This document shows positions 15,029 to 29,200 of a stretch of 64,000 nucleotides of DNA, piece after piece (position 1 is the stretch's first letter; the number at the start of each line of letters is the position of its first letter). The translations under genes and the position numbers were made by a program. Below the pieces are notes generated by a model. The model did no database searches. It saw only the letters and a program-made list of their open reading frames with translations, and was not told the DNA's origin. Source of the stretch: Lingula anatina (lineage: Eukaryota > Animalia > Brachiopoda); the NCBI GenBank assembly GCA_051362555.1, contig CM120640.1:40464788-40528787 (forward strand), read 5' to 3'.

Positions 15029-16231
15029 GGACGTCCTCTCATATTAGCTTTTTTTGCGATCTGCGCAGATTTCGCGCATGAGTAGTTTTTTGCGATAGCG
15101 GCTAATGATAAACATACAGTATAACATGCAATAAAATACGTAATTCACCCTTTTAAGAAATCAGTATGAAATCTTTGATCATGTTATTTTGGTCGAAGCG
15201 CTACGAATACTAGGGAATAGGCCCTATGTCAACAATGCGTTGTGTATCTGTGAACGCTTGGTCTTTTACGACGTAAAGTACCCACTTGCGACTTTGTTTA
15301 CAAATGCCGCAATGTAAGAAATTACGTGAAGACGGGATGGAAAAGAGCGTTTTAGTAAGGCTTGTATAGCAGTGACAAGATCTTATCTCACGGAAAGTAA
15401 TCACAATGGTTTGCATTTTGACCACAAAGTGTATTGTGGTGATTTGTCACATGGTTACGATGTGTGCAACAAGACATTGTCTTCTTCAGCATTGGTTTCC
15501 GATCACCCAGGGCCAAGTTACCGTGATTTGTATGCTGAAAACAATTCTCTTCTTTCACAATAAGTTAAAATAATTAGACTCATGGCGTTTTGTTGTTAAT
15601 TTAAGTATGTTATTGAACAATTTGACCTGCAAACAGTGCGATTTTCAGCTCTCCAGGAAAGATGCAACAGGTGTGCACCCGCCTGGCGTGTTGCGACGTC
15701 ATGCATTCTTGTAATGGTTTTGTTAAAGTGCAAATGGACAAAACCATAAAACACACAACAGAGGACCAAGGGTTTTTATGCAGATACATGTAGTACTTTT
15801 TTGGTGCTAGGAAAATAAACAGTATATTTTAGAAGATAAAGTGTACTTTATTCCAACGTTATCCTAATTTACCTAATCATAAACAAGAGATCGACTTTAG
15901 TTTGTAAATTTATTACTTCACAGAAATTATTCAGCCCATAATGCATTAGAAGATAGTCTTGAGTTACAAAATTTAGTTAATTTTTGCAATGATGAATGTG
16001 AAGAAAATCCTTTTTTCCTGATTTTTTATTTTATCCCAGTCAATTGACTAGATCCTGTGTGAAACCTTTACCAAATTCTGTAGAAAACCTTGTTTGTAAA
16101 AAAATAATTTCTCCATGTGTAGGGGAAAAAAATAAGGCTGTCAGGGTTAACATATCAGAATTAGTAATTGCTCTTCAAAGAGAAAGTCTAGATGGTCTTT
16201 ATTTTCTTCTCAGTGAAATCAATTCAAACAC

Positions 16232-16263
<32 letters not shown>

Positions 16264-17269
16264 TAACAAAATGCATAAAAGTAATAAAAAATTGTATGAT
16301 TTTTTTTATTTTGAAATTAATATGCATATTTATATGCTATTGATATGTATTTGATTGCATGTTGTAAACATAATATGAAACAGAAATAAACTGATAATCA
16401 AAGATGTCTGTAGATGAATACTTTTTTCACCATCTTCCATATATAGAGAAGAAATATGACTAACTTACCATAGTAAGAAATTGATACATTGTTAATATAC
16501 AAAGGAAACAATTTATCCAGCTATTTCACCATAAAGTGCATATTTTAGTGCTGAGTAACAAAAATAAAGAAACAAAATAAAAGAAATAAAAATAAAAAAG
16601 AATATGAAAATAAGTCACATGAGATTGATATAATATGCTTTTGGTCAATCTGCCTAGCCTATGAAAAAACCCAATATGGCGGCATTCCATGAGGCATACT
16701 GAAATCCAACTGATAGTTTCAACTTTTGATTATCTATTTATTATGAATGGGATATGCAAATTTTATGAAATTTGGTTAACTGATGCAGAGAAGTATAAAT
16801 ACAATTTTCATGGAAGCATAATAAGTGTATGAGTTAAAAACCTAATGATACAAATATCTTTATCTTAATTTGCTAGGAAATTTCCATTGATTCCTATGTA
16901 AAATTAATAAATAATCGATGTTCAAGCAGCCCTGGCTCAAAAACAAGCGTGGTGTGGTACAGATTTTTTTGTAAATTTCTTTGAGGTCTACCAAGATCTA
17001 TAACATATCCACATAAAATTAAAATCGCTAGGGCAGAATTTTTTATTTTTGCATTTTTCAGCAAAATTAAGGGCATTTTGGCAAAATCCCCATATAACGC
17101 AATGTAATAAACGTAGCGTTTTTCGGGACGCCACCTCTCGAAAACGAGCGTGGTGACCCCCAATTTTTTTTTCATATTTTTTACTCATATGGTAAGAAGA
17201 TTTTGTCTTACAATTTTAATCAAAATCGCTAGGGCAGAAATATGAAATCTGAAATATGAGAGGGCGTCC
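15029..17269. mobile_element. Non-autonomous Kolobok-like DNA transposon (about 2.24 kb) in the Syd-1 intron
   Basis: TTAA at 15025-15028 and 17270-17273. 17-bp TIRs ggacgtcctctcatatt / aatatgagagggcgtcc with 1 mismatch. RR...YY termini. About 200-bp subterminal duplication (aaaacRagcgtggtg near 16940/17141; aaaatcgctagggcagaa near 17021/17222). No intact ORF. Confidence 0.75.
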
Positions 17270-17745
17270 TTAAGAAATGAATCAGTGAGCCAATCAATAT
17301 TCTAATAGACCATCATTTATCTTGTCAGCGGGTCACGACTGAGACTGGGCGCAGGTCAGGCGAAACGGTTATCAGATGGTCAGACACTGCTGCAGCCTGT
17401 CATCAGGTGCGATTGATTTAAATCGGTCTTACGTTAAAATATCGAAAGCGACCGTGCTGTTCCAATGGTGATAAGATGCTGTAACCGACTGTTATTATTG
17501 GAGCTAGAGGAGAATGTATTCATTACTCTCCCCATCTTCAAATTTCTAGTATAAAGTTATTTTTTTAATTCTGCTCCTTTATTAAATATTCTCGGTATAT
17601 AATACACATACAATGTTGTATGGATACGATGTTGTCATAATAATAATTATTGCTGTAAAACTTGAAATTTGGAATCATAACATTAATTTTCTATTGGAGT
17701 TTCCAGGGTTTGACCATGTGGGACACACCCCAAGGTATACTCCAA

Positions 17746-18005
17746 AAGGAGCAGATCCAGGATTATTTGAAGGGGGGGTCCAATTTTTCAAAGAATGACA
17801 GGCCTCGGATGGGAAGCTGACCCTTGCCCCCTTGTGTGGGGTTGGGTGTTTTGGAGGGCAAACGGTGCCATTTGGAGCAGTTTAGAACTATGATTCAGCT
17901 CTTCAAAACTCTAATATCAAGAGGGGAATATTGGTGTGATCTTTTTCAGAAACCGAAAGGGGGGGGGGTCAGGACCCCACAGACACCCCCCAAAATCCGC
18001 CTCTG
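17746..18005 (+). mobile_element. G-rich MITE family A, copy 1 (CAGGGGCGGATCC-type termini, 6-bp TSD)
   Basis: Degenerate TIRs aaggagcagatcc / aatccgcctctg. Direct repeat ctccaa at 17740-17745 and 18006-18011. Internal sequence (gacaggcctcgga, gtgttttggaggg, gtttagaactatgattcagct) is shared with 63504-63770 in reverse orientation. Confidence 0.7.
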
Positions 18006-19183
18006 CTCCAAGGAACAAAGCGGTATGATACAAGAGACACATGATAGCCATATTAGATTCACAGAGATAGAAACCGGGTCATCCCCCTCCCCGAAAAGGT
18101 ATTGTCAATCACGTCAGAGACGCACGCATTTTGTGTAATATATGGATAACTTTAAATTGTCCCATTGTTTGCACTATTGTTTATTACAGAACCCCTCAAT
18201 ATGGAAAGAAATATCAAAAGTAATGAAAAAGCGATATACATGTACTAGTGTGCGTCACTGACGAGTATCCCAACACTGTTTTGTCTCGTATCACTTGTGA
18301 TATCTGCATGCAAAAAAAAAAAAAATTAAATGAAAGTAATTAAGAAAAGAGATCGAAGAAACTTGTGTTGCTTGTGCCCACTCTGAGTTTTACGCCAGCT
18401 TCGATGATTGGTACATGGAACGTTAATACATGCTCAGCTAGTACTGTCTTGCAGGGCACCCACTTCATGTGAAGGCGTGCAGCCGTGCGTATGGATTCCC
18501 CGTCCATTATTGAACCATGTTTTCACAAATAAGATACTGTGTTTCCAGACAGGTGGTTAATAATTCAGAGTTGTTATAGGATGCTTCATGTATCGATTCC
18601 CTTATGTCTCCCAAAACGTCCACCACTTACTTTTTTTTTGGTCAATTATTAATCACAGAGTGCAACGTATTGTGTAATCCAATTATCTAATGAATATCGG
18701 CTCTCACAATTTCTCTGCAAACGGACGGCACCAACCAGAAGTGTTGTTTTTACTCTTTTATTTTTTAAGTCACGGCTTATGCCTTGGAACATTTAATGTT
18801 TGATCCGCTTTTATTATCACAATGTCCCATTGCCCTTTTGACAAGTAATTAAGTATAAATGTTTTGGCTCTTTATCATATAATCCTTTTATCCATTAAGT
18901 ACCGTTGATTTTTTAGAGTGATGGCTTCGTACAAGATCAAAGGTGCCGACTATTTGGGTTAATTTCTCAAGAATTCTTTAGACTGAAATTAGTGACTACT
19001 TCGGCTGCAACAACGCATTGTTCCCGAAGGAATTTTTCAGAGCAAGCAAATCGAATAACTCTACTTTCTTTTCAACGTTCTATGTGGAGAGTAGGCCCTA
19101 TATACAGTTTTAGTTATTCGAGCCCTTTTTTTTTCATATGAGCCAAACCGAATGAAATTTAAAAAGAAAGAACTGAAGCTTAC

Positions 19184-19222
19184 CTTATTTTTCTTGTTCT
19201 TTTTGACGCAGCAGAGTAGCAT
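19184..19222 (-). CDS. RhoGAP100F: First coding exon of RhoGAP100F/Syd-1, MLLCCVKKNKKNK
   Basis: ATG at 19222, 13 codons, donor aag|gtaagc at 19183. Phase 0 joins the 6797 exon to give MLLCCVKKNKKNK-EGSGRM, like the MLCC..K-EGGR starts I recall for arthropod Syd-1. The 5'UTR part probably extends to an acceptor near 19611, with a further donor near 19774. Confidence 0.72.
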
Positions 19223-22126
19223 GATGTTTTCCAAGTGCGTGGGGTGCTTTAGTAGACCTACCGGCGTTGGGTAATGTGGCATATTATGGCATTGGGAATT
19301 GGCACCCAAGGTTGTTGCGCTGTAGATACTGTTTATCACTAGCGGTAGAAGTCATAGTATTTCCCCAAGGAAATGAGCAGAGAAAAAGAGAGAGAGAGGG
19401 GCTTCTTAGAGACGGATTGTACTCTCGTTGCGACCTTTGGCGGAAACCAATTTGTAAACCACCCGGTATCCAGCGGCAACTAACACTTGTTCAATCCTTA
19501 TGTTCTCCTGTTGTCCGTGGCATATATTCTTTCAAGATGCCAATCAAAACTCCAAAGATGCAAATCCTCTGCCTGCATCTGTCAGATCTTGTAATCCAGC
19601 AGTCTCAATACTAAATGCACATAATATATACATATACAGTATGCCACTACTGCAAGTCCACCACTGCCGCCTCGCTCAATACAGTTTATGTTGATAACGT
19701 ATAAATAAACCACCAAAATATCAATTAACACGAGCAGATAATGAAGTTATTAAGATGTCTCTTTTTCACTTTACCTGAAATCCCATATCTCTCCCAGAGG
19801 AGATGCTCAATATTTTCCATGGTAAACTAATTTCAGAGGTTTCACGTTTACATTTTGTTCCCAGGAAGATCGTGAATCTCTCAAAATAGAGTTAGAATTG
19901 ACCTATCTCTTGAAAGGATGCATTACAGATGTTTTTCAATCTGAATACATAAACATTGCGCACGTGCACATTTCTTTTGAAATATGTTCCATCCACCGGT
20001 GAAACCGGCCTCGTAGACACAACCAGTGGGTCAATATTTCCTCACCTGAAGAATAAGTGTAATGGGTTGTTATTGAAAGGATAGATGAAGCACGTGTTTG
20101 GATCGAGTTTCACTTTACGTCTGATATGACATTAGCATGATTCCACTCTCTGTGTCAACCTAATCAACTGCATAAAGCCAGGACTGCAATTGAATGAGCA
20201 TCGATATAATACCTAGGTATCAAAACAACAATGCTATGTATCATTCACTTTGCAATAACAGAAAAAATTAATATGTGGTGACTGTTGAGGGAATGTGATA
20301 ATACCAAGAAACCCCGAGATTCTTGGAGTTGCGTCAAAATGATTTCCTACAGCAAAGAACCTTTCTACCACATTTCACTGACATTTGCGTGTAACATTGT
20401 TAAAAGTGTCATAGAAATGTGCTTTTCTAAGAATCCACAGGTTAAATGATCCCAAAAATTGAATAAATTTACCCCAATTTACCCTTATCTCTACCATTTG
20501 CAATCTATTAGGAACATAAGCTTGATTAAACGCATCGAAACAAAACATCAATGAAACGTTTCCATCAGTTGTACAGCGTTTGAATATAATAAGGGACTGT
20601 CCCATCGTTCAAAATCCTGGTTTCTCTTGTAGTATTAAGATGCATTCCGATACCATGATATGAGCTGTCATAGTTGGAGAATTGATGGTTCTTGCCAGAG
20701 TACGTCCACCATTCAATCAGTGGCAGCCTCTACCTCTAAGTGATTGAAGCACTTATGGTTCGATGCGATCATATTAGAAGCAAGGCGAGCGGTATTGAAC
20801 TGGTCTCCGTAATCAGGAAGAGATTATGCGACATTTGTCAGGCTAACACATGTTCCCAGAGGCCCGAACCGATTTCAACCCTCCAAAGGCGGCCTATAAT
20901 TCCACCAAAGGTCGGTTATGCTTCATTGATTTTCCGCTGTGCTCTTCAAAATCTATATGCTACTTGTAAGCAGTGAAATCTATTATTTTCTGGGCCGAAG
21001 TCTTCACAACCTTTCACCCTAGGCTCCGAGAACAAGCGGGAGATAAACATATTGATAAATACCGGTAATGATTCGAATACGTTAGCCTTCTGTCTGAGAG
21101 GTATTGGTAGAACGCAATTGTAATTGTTCGCAATTAAACACAATTCCTTTTCAGCATGATTGAGCCACACATATATTGTACACCTACTTTTATTTCCCAT
21201 TTTTTTCATTCCCATTCATCTTTCTATTTATCATTTTATCTTGCCTTGTTATTTTAATTGATCAACTACTTAAAACGTTATCCTGGCTTTCAAAAATGGT
21301 CCATTTTGCATCTGATGTAGCAATGTAAATCGAAACCAAGGACAAAGTCTAGATATGTTCAGCGCCTAATCCCCAGGATTACGCTCGAGGGATGCGTGAG
21401 TGCATCTGATGGCAAGATTATATTGAAAATGAATTACGGAGAGAATTACGGCTGTCCATCTTACAGAAAAAAAACTGACATACACGTTGCACATATACCT
21501 CAGGCTAAAATAAGTATCGTGAAGAATTGTTTTCTTGTGCTCATGTTAGGAAATTATTAAGGTCGGTGAAGTTTATTTTCACTTTGTGAACGGACATAAA
21601 TAGATAAAATCACATATACTGTACTCCAGTATATAAATGAATAATTCATTTTGAAGCAGGCTAATCCAGGTTAAACATTTTCATCACCCAACGGGCAGAC
21701 AGGATCGAAAAGTGGTGGGCACTGCTTCTATTAAATAGAATGAAACCGATCAAAAAGTGATCTTGAATCAAATTCTTTTGCCTCGTATCCTGTCCACGTA
21801 TTTAGAAAAAAGTAATGATCACATTCCGACTATATCATTCTGCACGTTATCCGCCATCATGGATGCACCCCTCCTCTTCCCATCATAGAAACCTTTTTCT
21901 AAAACAGTTTCATTTACCTGTACCATAGCTGCATTGAGAAGCTGCACTAACTTGTCAAGTTTTTGAAAGGATGTTGATTAAAACCTGACAATGCTGCCTT
22001 GTGTTGTTCAATGGTTAAACATTCCTGATGTATAAGTACATGGTCATAGACCTAGTGAAATGTCCTGCTAATAGCCATTTGTAGAAAAACAGTTTGCCAA
22101 GATTAATTGCATCAATGAGGTTTCTC

Positions 22127-22157
<31 letters not shown>

Positions 22158-23220
22158 TGATTAGTGCATGCTTTTTAGCCCACTTAATAATTAACTTTCC
22201 CCATTTAATGTATTAATTGGGAAAGCTAATTTTGAACTTGCATTAAAAGTACATGGTGGTTTATGTACCATGCGATTACATCAATCATTCACTTTTAAAT
22301 GAAAGTACTTTATTTTCAAAAAGTGCATTTATTTTCAAAAAGTGTATTTACAAGTATGCAAAACAGCATGTAAAATAAAACAACTACATGAAAGACGGTC
22401 ACAAATTTACACACATTAACAAGGAATTGCACAAGATAGCTACATGTAAAAACTATTAAGTCTTCAGGTCTTATAAAAATATGATAAATAATAATTATCA
22501 GTCAACTGACAGACTTTGACTTCCTGCCAATTTTTTCTCCAATTGGAAATATTGTAGCAGAGATACTGTTGAAAATAATCAAATATGCATATGCATTCTT
22601 ATGTCACGGTATGATTTCTTTATATAACACAATGTAAGGCACTAACAACTACAGGTAACAATGTGCAAGTGGATGACAGGTGATTGTAATGATGCTCCTT
22701 ATGCATGTGGAATATATCTGTATCTGCAATGAACTGTTATCCTAAACTACAAAAAAGTTCTGCCTTAATGTCAATTTTAGTTTGGCTACATGTACCACTT
22801 TACCAACACCAACTGACACAGCTGAGATTTGAACCAAGTTGCAAGTGTAAATGGTCCTATTTTTACAACAAATTTGAATGGCACCTAGATGAAACACTGC
22901 AATAATACTGTTAGGTCAAATGGTAAGTGTGTATAATAGAAAACAGGAATATGTGCCCATACTGAGTCATGCAAACATAATGTGGGTTTTCAACAAATAG
23001 TAAAGATATATTCCCCAAATCATTTCAACACTACTCATAAATTTGTAGTATATTGGCAGATTGTTTAACATTAAAAAAGAAAAAAATATTCTGTCTATGA
23101 AATTTGTCAAAAGGAAATGCTCATGTCAGCACGAGCTGAAAAACTATTACTCAAATTCTAGTGTGTGGTTACAACAGGAATTATATTGGAACCAGCATAT
23201 ATACTGAATGTTTATGTGTC

Positions 23221-26200
23221 TTAAAGTGCATCTAGTCCTTTGTGTGATTCTCTGGGCTTTGTTCCTTTTCTTTTTGTAGTCAGTGCATTGCCCTTTTCCC
23301 CCTTCTTGAATACATGGAATTTCCATGCAAACGATACACATTCAACCTAAAAAAGGCAATTTCACAAAGTTCAATTTCTATGTCTGAACGAGAGAGCTGA
23401 ATACTTCATTATACTGTTCAAATAATAAGATTGTGACCAGATTCCCACTTCATTTATGCATCTTTTAAAGGGTACCAGGAAAACTTATTTAGATTAAAGA
23501 ATTTTTAAAAAGGTAAACAAAATCAAGTAAAGAAAGAGGATACATGCATGTTTCCATCATTAATTAAATGCAATTTAATTTTGAAGACATCCAATTATAT
23601 AGTGCCATATAAACACAAAAAAGATGGCAATCTTATAACCTACAGCTTATACTTTCTAACAAGAATGGTCAATTTTTTAAAAGTACTAGCTAAAAAAAGG
23701 TAGACAAAGAGACATAGATTAAAAGATATATAGATATCTTACAGGTATGAGATTATCTTTTTTGTTTTCCTTCTCAACTTCTGTCAGTTCATCAGGAGAC
23801 AGAAGAGGAAGTCTGATGTGTTGGGCTACGCTTTTAGAAACCTCTGTAATGGGCTTGCCTATGACAACCTGGAGAAAAAAAATACAATCAGTGTACATAT
23901 CAATATATTTGTCTTACTTATTGATTACTTTCACCATTAGCAAATATATGATATAAATGCTATTCAAAGTTTCCACCATTTGTACTGTACTAGAATACAA
24001 TTTTTATTGATTTACTGCTTATACTAAAAAAACTGTTTGTTTAATCTACAAAATCTTAATTGTTAATACATCTACCAGTACATGTACTTTCCCCACTGTA
24101 TATTTTTCTATATATATTTGCACACATGAAGCTGCATCAACTGTATCTACTCTTACATGGACATTTTAAGAATATGCTTTGTGGAAAACTGTGGAAAAGT
24201 GGTACTACATCCTCTCCTTGACCAACCATCTTATATTGATTAATATATTTGTGAAATACCCATATAATTTTGTGAATTTATCTAATAATGTAGCAGAACA
24301 CCAGTTTATCCATAATGATCTGCTTATTTCCCAGGCAAGTCATACAAATTATACCAGAGGCCAATCTTTTTATTGGGGTCTTAACTGTGCTGTAATTGAC
24401 ATTGATTGAAAAGGAAGAGAAAAGAGTATCAAACCAATAGGAACATTTTTATAGGCAATCCTTTAATTAAACACATCTTAAGATAATAAATGCAATCAAA
24501 CAATGCTAACCATTGTGAACTACATACATGTAGCATCTTTAATACTATTTTCTGATCCGATTATCTGCTAGGAGATTAAATGTATATAGAGGCCACTCGT
24601 CAGGTTGCTTTTCTCTCATGCTTTCCCAATGCACACAGATCTTCCATGGATGTTTTTAATGAGTTCTTAAAGATTCTCTCCTTCTGAGGTTTTTGATGGA
24701 TATCAGCTGTAAGCAGTATACAATAAGGGATTTCCAGAGCCATTGATTTGTGAACTAATTAGACCACCATTTGATGGGTCTTCCCTTCAATCATGATCAC
24801 TAAGAGTCATGTATACCCTTGTAATGAATTTGTTGCTTGGCACTTGCATTGCTGTGGCAGTCTGTGGTTGCCAGTGGTATATGTGTATTAAAATATTAAA
24901 TAACCTGAATCTCCCTACTACAAAAACTGGAGTTTGAGTGAGTAAAATATGCTCAAGTGGTCCTGTCAACAAATTCTCCAGCGAGACTGATGAAAGGTTA
25001 TAGAACAAATTCTTAGAAGTACAGAGTATGTGATGTTAATATATAATCTTAATTCAATTATAATTTTAAACAATAGCAACTCTCAATTAGTAGGTGATAC
25101 AGATTTGACATGCAATTTTTATCATTTTGAAATTTAACATCATTCTCAAATATTTTATTATCAACAGTTTAAAAAATTTAATATTAAAAAGATTACAATT
25201 TAAGAATACTTTCTTAACCTTTGAAGTTCCCTTTCTTGAATTAAATATGTAAAGAGATACTAAGAGTAGGAAGGAAGGACATGGAACAGGAGGAAATGAG
25301 ACCCACAAATTATCCATACACATATTCTCCAACACATCATCTCCTGTCCACCATATTATTGATTTCTAAAACAGACCACTTAATAACCCAATTGTTGATT
25401 CTGGTTTAAGTTTATGGTCTTCATTTTAAATGAGTTAAACAAGTAGCAGTTAGGTAATCTATGGAACCTCTTTTAATTTCTGCCTCAACTTATGAGAGGG
25501 GTTCTTCCCTATGTATATGCAATGCAAAGCCACACTGTGATTTTGCAGTAAGAGTTGAATCAATGAAATCATTTTTGTTGCTGATGTAATTAGTTTTATG
25601 TTTCTCCAAAGGAGAAAAAAAGAGAAGTTATTGTATAAGGGAAAAGGTTTCAGAAGAGAGAACAACAATATGTACATATCAAGTATCTCACTTCCTAACT
25701 TCATTTTATGTGGATACCATAGCAACCAATTAATTGTCGCTGGCAATATGGTGAGCCATTAATTATCTGCCTGAAGTGAGATGATCAATAATAACAGATC
25801 TGTTCAATACACACAATTCTTTCTGTGTTTTAATAAATGCTTCTACATGTATATCATTATATCAACAAGAGCACTAAATACATGTATAAAGTTTGTACAA
25901 TTCTGGACCATATATTAAGAGAGGAATTTCAGAGATAGTTGAAATGCACATTGTTTATTTATATACCAAGGCTTTTAATGGAATCTGCCGATCCAGTCAT
26001 GATGCATTATGGGGGATATGGCAGCTTTTCAAAAGAGAGAATTAATATTGTCTGGCAGGTCCATAGGAAGAGGGGGTTTGAAAGAACTGCTTCACTGTAA
26101 AACAAAATTTATTCTAGGTTCTCCTATTTCTCAAGATGGATCAAGGGGGTAAAAAGAACCCCCTTAGCAATTGCTGCATACAGCCCTGTGTAGAACAGAA

Positions 26201-29200
26201 TGCTTTCAACATCTGCATTTTCTTTTTAACAAGAAATTTCAATGCAATTTTTAGTGTGGAAATTTTAAATTTTAAAAGGGATACAAGTACTGCAAACTCT
26301 AATGTAAAAAATTTATGTGGTGGTGTCATTGTTAGTTTGCTAGATGTTGTATCATGCATGTGGTTAAGTGTGGTTGTGTTAGGTGAGATACTGTTTTAGA
26401 TCAGACATTGTGTTGGGTGTGCCAGGGTGGCAAGTCATGCTTTCTTCTGCTTGAGACAGTGTGATAAATCAATCTATTTATCAAGGGTGTGAATATGTGG
26501 TTGCATTAAATAATGACAACATCATATGTCACTATGAATGTTGTATTGTTTACATACATTAGGGGAGTATATGGTCTACACCCGTGCTACATATAGGGAA
26601 CTTACGGAATTGACAGTTGCCCACTCCCTGACCGCAGATATGACATCAACTTCATCAATGTCCAACTTGTCACTGGTCATAACATAGGATATGGCCTCCT
26701 CAGACATCTCATGGAAACCTTTTGTTTTGAAAATATTCTGAAACAGAAATACAAACAATTCTTCTCTATGTGTAAGTTCATCATAACGTACAGTAAGTAC
26801 ATTTATACTAGTACAAAACATGAATCACAAATGTGAAATGTATGATAAAATCACTTCACTTAATGTTATCTACTTTAATGTTTTGACATTAAAAAAATGG
26901 AACTCCTCCTGTAAATTGGTGGGATTAACATTTGAGGTCACCATGTTAGAATTAAATGCACCAATAAAGGAAAACGGGGCTGTAGCAATAGTCCAAAGGT
27001 TCTTTGGTCCTAATGTTCACTACAGAACCTTTGGACCAATGATCCCTTGATTAGAAAACCGATGAAAATGTTACCATTTTTCGGACCAATGAACCGTCAG
27101 ACCAATGAACTATCGAGATGCCCCAGGAAAACTACAGCAAATTTTATGTACCAGTATTATCACGAACCACTGAACATTTAGTGGTAAAACATGAATTTTT
27201 GTGAAAAGATAGCAGGTAAAGAAAGATGTTTCAAATTAGTTTTCTGAGTTACATCTTCACTCTATTTCACCAGTTAGAAAACAGTTGTGGAAAAAAACAT
27301 GAAAAAAAACATGTGGTAAAACATGAATTTTTGTGAAAAGATAGCAGGTAAAGAAAGATGTTTCAAATTAATTTTCTGAGTTACATCTTCACTCTATTTC
27401 ACCAGTTAGAAAACAGTTGTGGAAAAAAACATGAAAAAAAAACATGTGGTAAAACATGAATTTTTGTGAAAAGATAGCAGGTAAAGAAAGATGTTTCAAA
27501 TTAATTTTCTGAGTTACATCTTCACTTTATTTCACCAGTTAGAAAACAGTAGTGGAAAAAAAGTTGCAAACCACCCTCTTTTCCCTCTATATCTCCCTCA
27601 GGTCTTATATAATCACCCTTTTCACCAGCTGAACAACACTTAAAGCCACTCAGACAGTTAATATTCAGCCTGAGGTTATTATATGTCCAAGACAGAATTA
27701 GCTGCCCAGTGATCTGTAAGCTATCAGAATCAATAAGCTAGGGACAGTTAAGTGTAACTGGGGAAACGTTAAAGACTTAGTCTCAGTGGTCTCCTTATAA
27801 AATGACCATGCTTATCCTTCAGCCTGGTCAGTTCTGCTACAGTTAAAGAGACTCAAGTTGAATGCCATTGGGTTTGATATGCTGAGCCAGTGTTCTAAAA
27901 TATCTTATGGCCTGTTAACCTTAAGGAGAAAGTTTTAGTAAAGAACAAGAGAAAAAAAAGGAGAAAATGAGTACTGTTTAAAAGGATTTCTAAATCTTTG
28001 TTTATATGCCAACTAGCTGCATGATGTAATGCAGTTTATTTGATTTCTATCTTGGATCAGGCAAATATGTTGTGATCTTCTAATATATTAGTGTAGGCCC
28101 GTAGTCAGTGGGGATTCATGGGGGGGGGGGGGTCGAAAGAACTGCCCTTTTTGCTGGGAAAAGGTCCATTCTGGGTACAATTTAATCTAGGTACACAAAG
28201 GTTTCATCGAATAAGGTCCACTTTTTCAAAAAAAAAAATTTTTTTTGAAATTGTTGGCCACAGGCCTGTAGTGTTAATTTTGTGTCATACCTCTGTGTTC
28301 TGCTCAATGTAGTCCATGGTTTTGTCCCTCAGCTCATCCTGGCCATATGTCACCGAGGCTTGCATAGTTTCTGCAGCATTATTGACACTAAGGTTGTCTA
28401 TCAAATACTCTACACATAGCTGTAAAGCAAATGAACCATATACAATTCAGAAATTGTCTTGTTTGTTAAATAACAAAACACTATTGTTGTCTATCAAACA
28501 CTCTACACATAGTTGAAAGCAAATGTACTGTGTACAATTCAGAAATTATGGTGTTTTTTTAGTCACAAAACATAGACATTTAGATATAGTTGCACAGTGG
28601 CAAATGGATGTTAACACCCAATTTCTGACCAAAGCTGACATAGCAAGAGAAAAACAAATGATCTAACACAAAACATTCCTAAGCAAAATTTAAGATGTTA
28701 AAAAATGTGATTGCATTAGAGAAGATACCATGATTGTGCCAGGATGCTCCAAAGCAACTGATACAACTAAACTATTCACTTTACATGACATACAGTTCTT
28801 TCCAATTTTTGCATTGAAAAGTTGGAAATATGACATTAATTTAGGTAAACAGACAATTATAATTTTATGAACATGAGTATGTGAAAAAAATATCCTGTAA
28901 TATACATGTACCATTCTATAACTCATTAGAAACAAATAAAAATAATTAATGAACGCACCTTCCTTAACTCCTCCAGACCATACTCAATAGAACTGCCCAA
29001 CACATCAATTGCCTGAAAATATCCAAACATGTTTATCAATTACAATAGCTGATATGTATAGCATACATGTACCAGTAGAATACAGGTTCACAGCATTATT
29101 GGAGATAAATGGATCATTTATCACATTAATGAGGCTTATATATTTGTGGTAGATATAAAGAACAGGTGATTTGCAGGTCAGGCACCTTCTAATATTACAA

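Noticed and set aside
22903-22923. miR-8/200-like word taatactgttaggtcaaa
   Set aside because: No complementary arm nearby; partial match only.
26452-26470. miR-1994-like word tgagacagtgtg
   Set aside because: The 3' half diverges and there is no hairpin partner.
27181-27562. CRISPR-like array
   Set aside because: The units are contiguous and near-identical with no unique spacers, and the context is eukaryotic.
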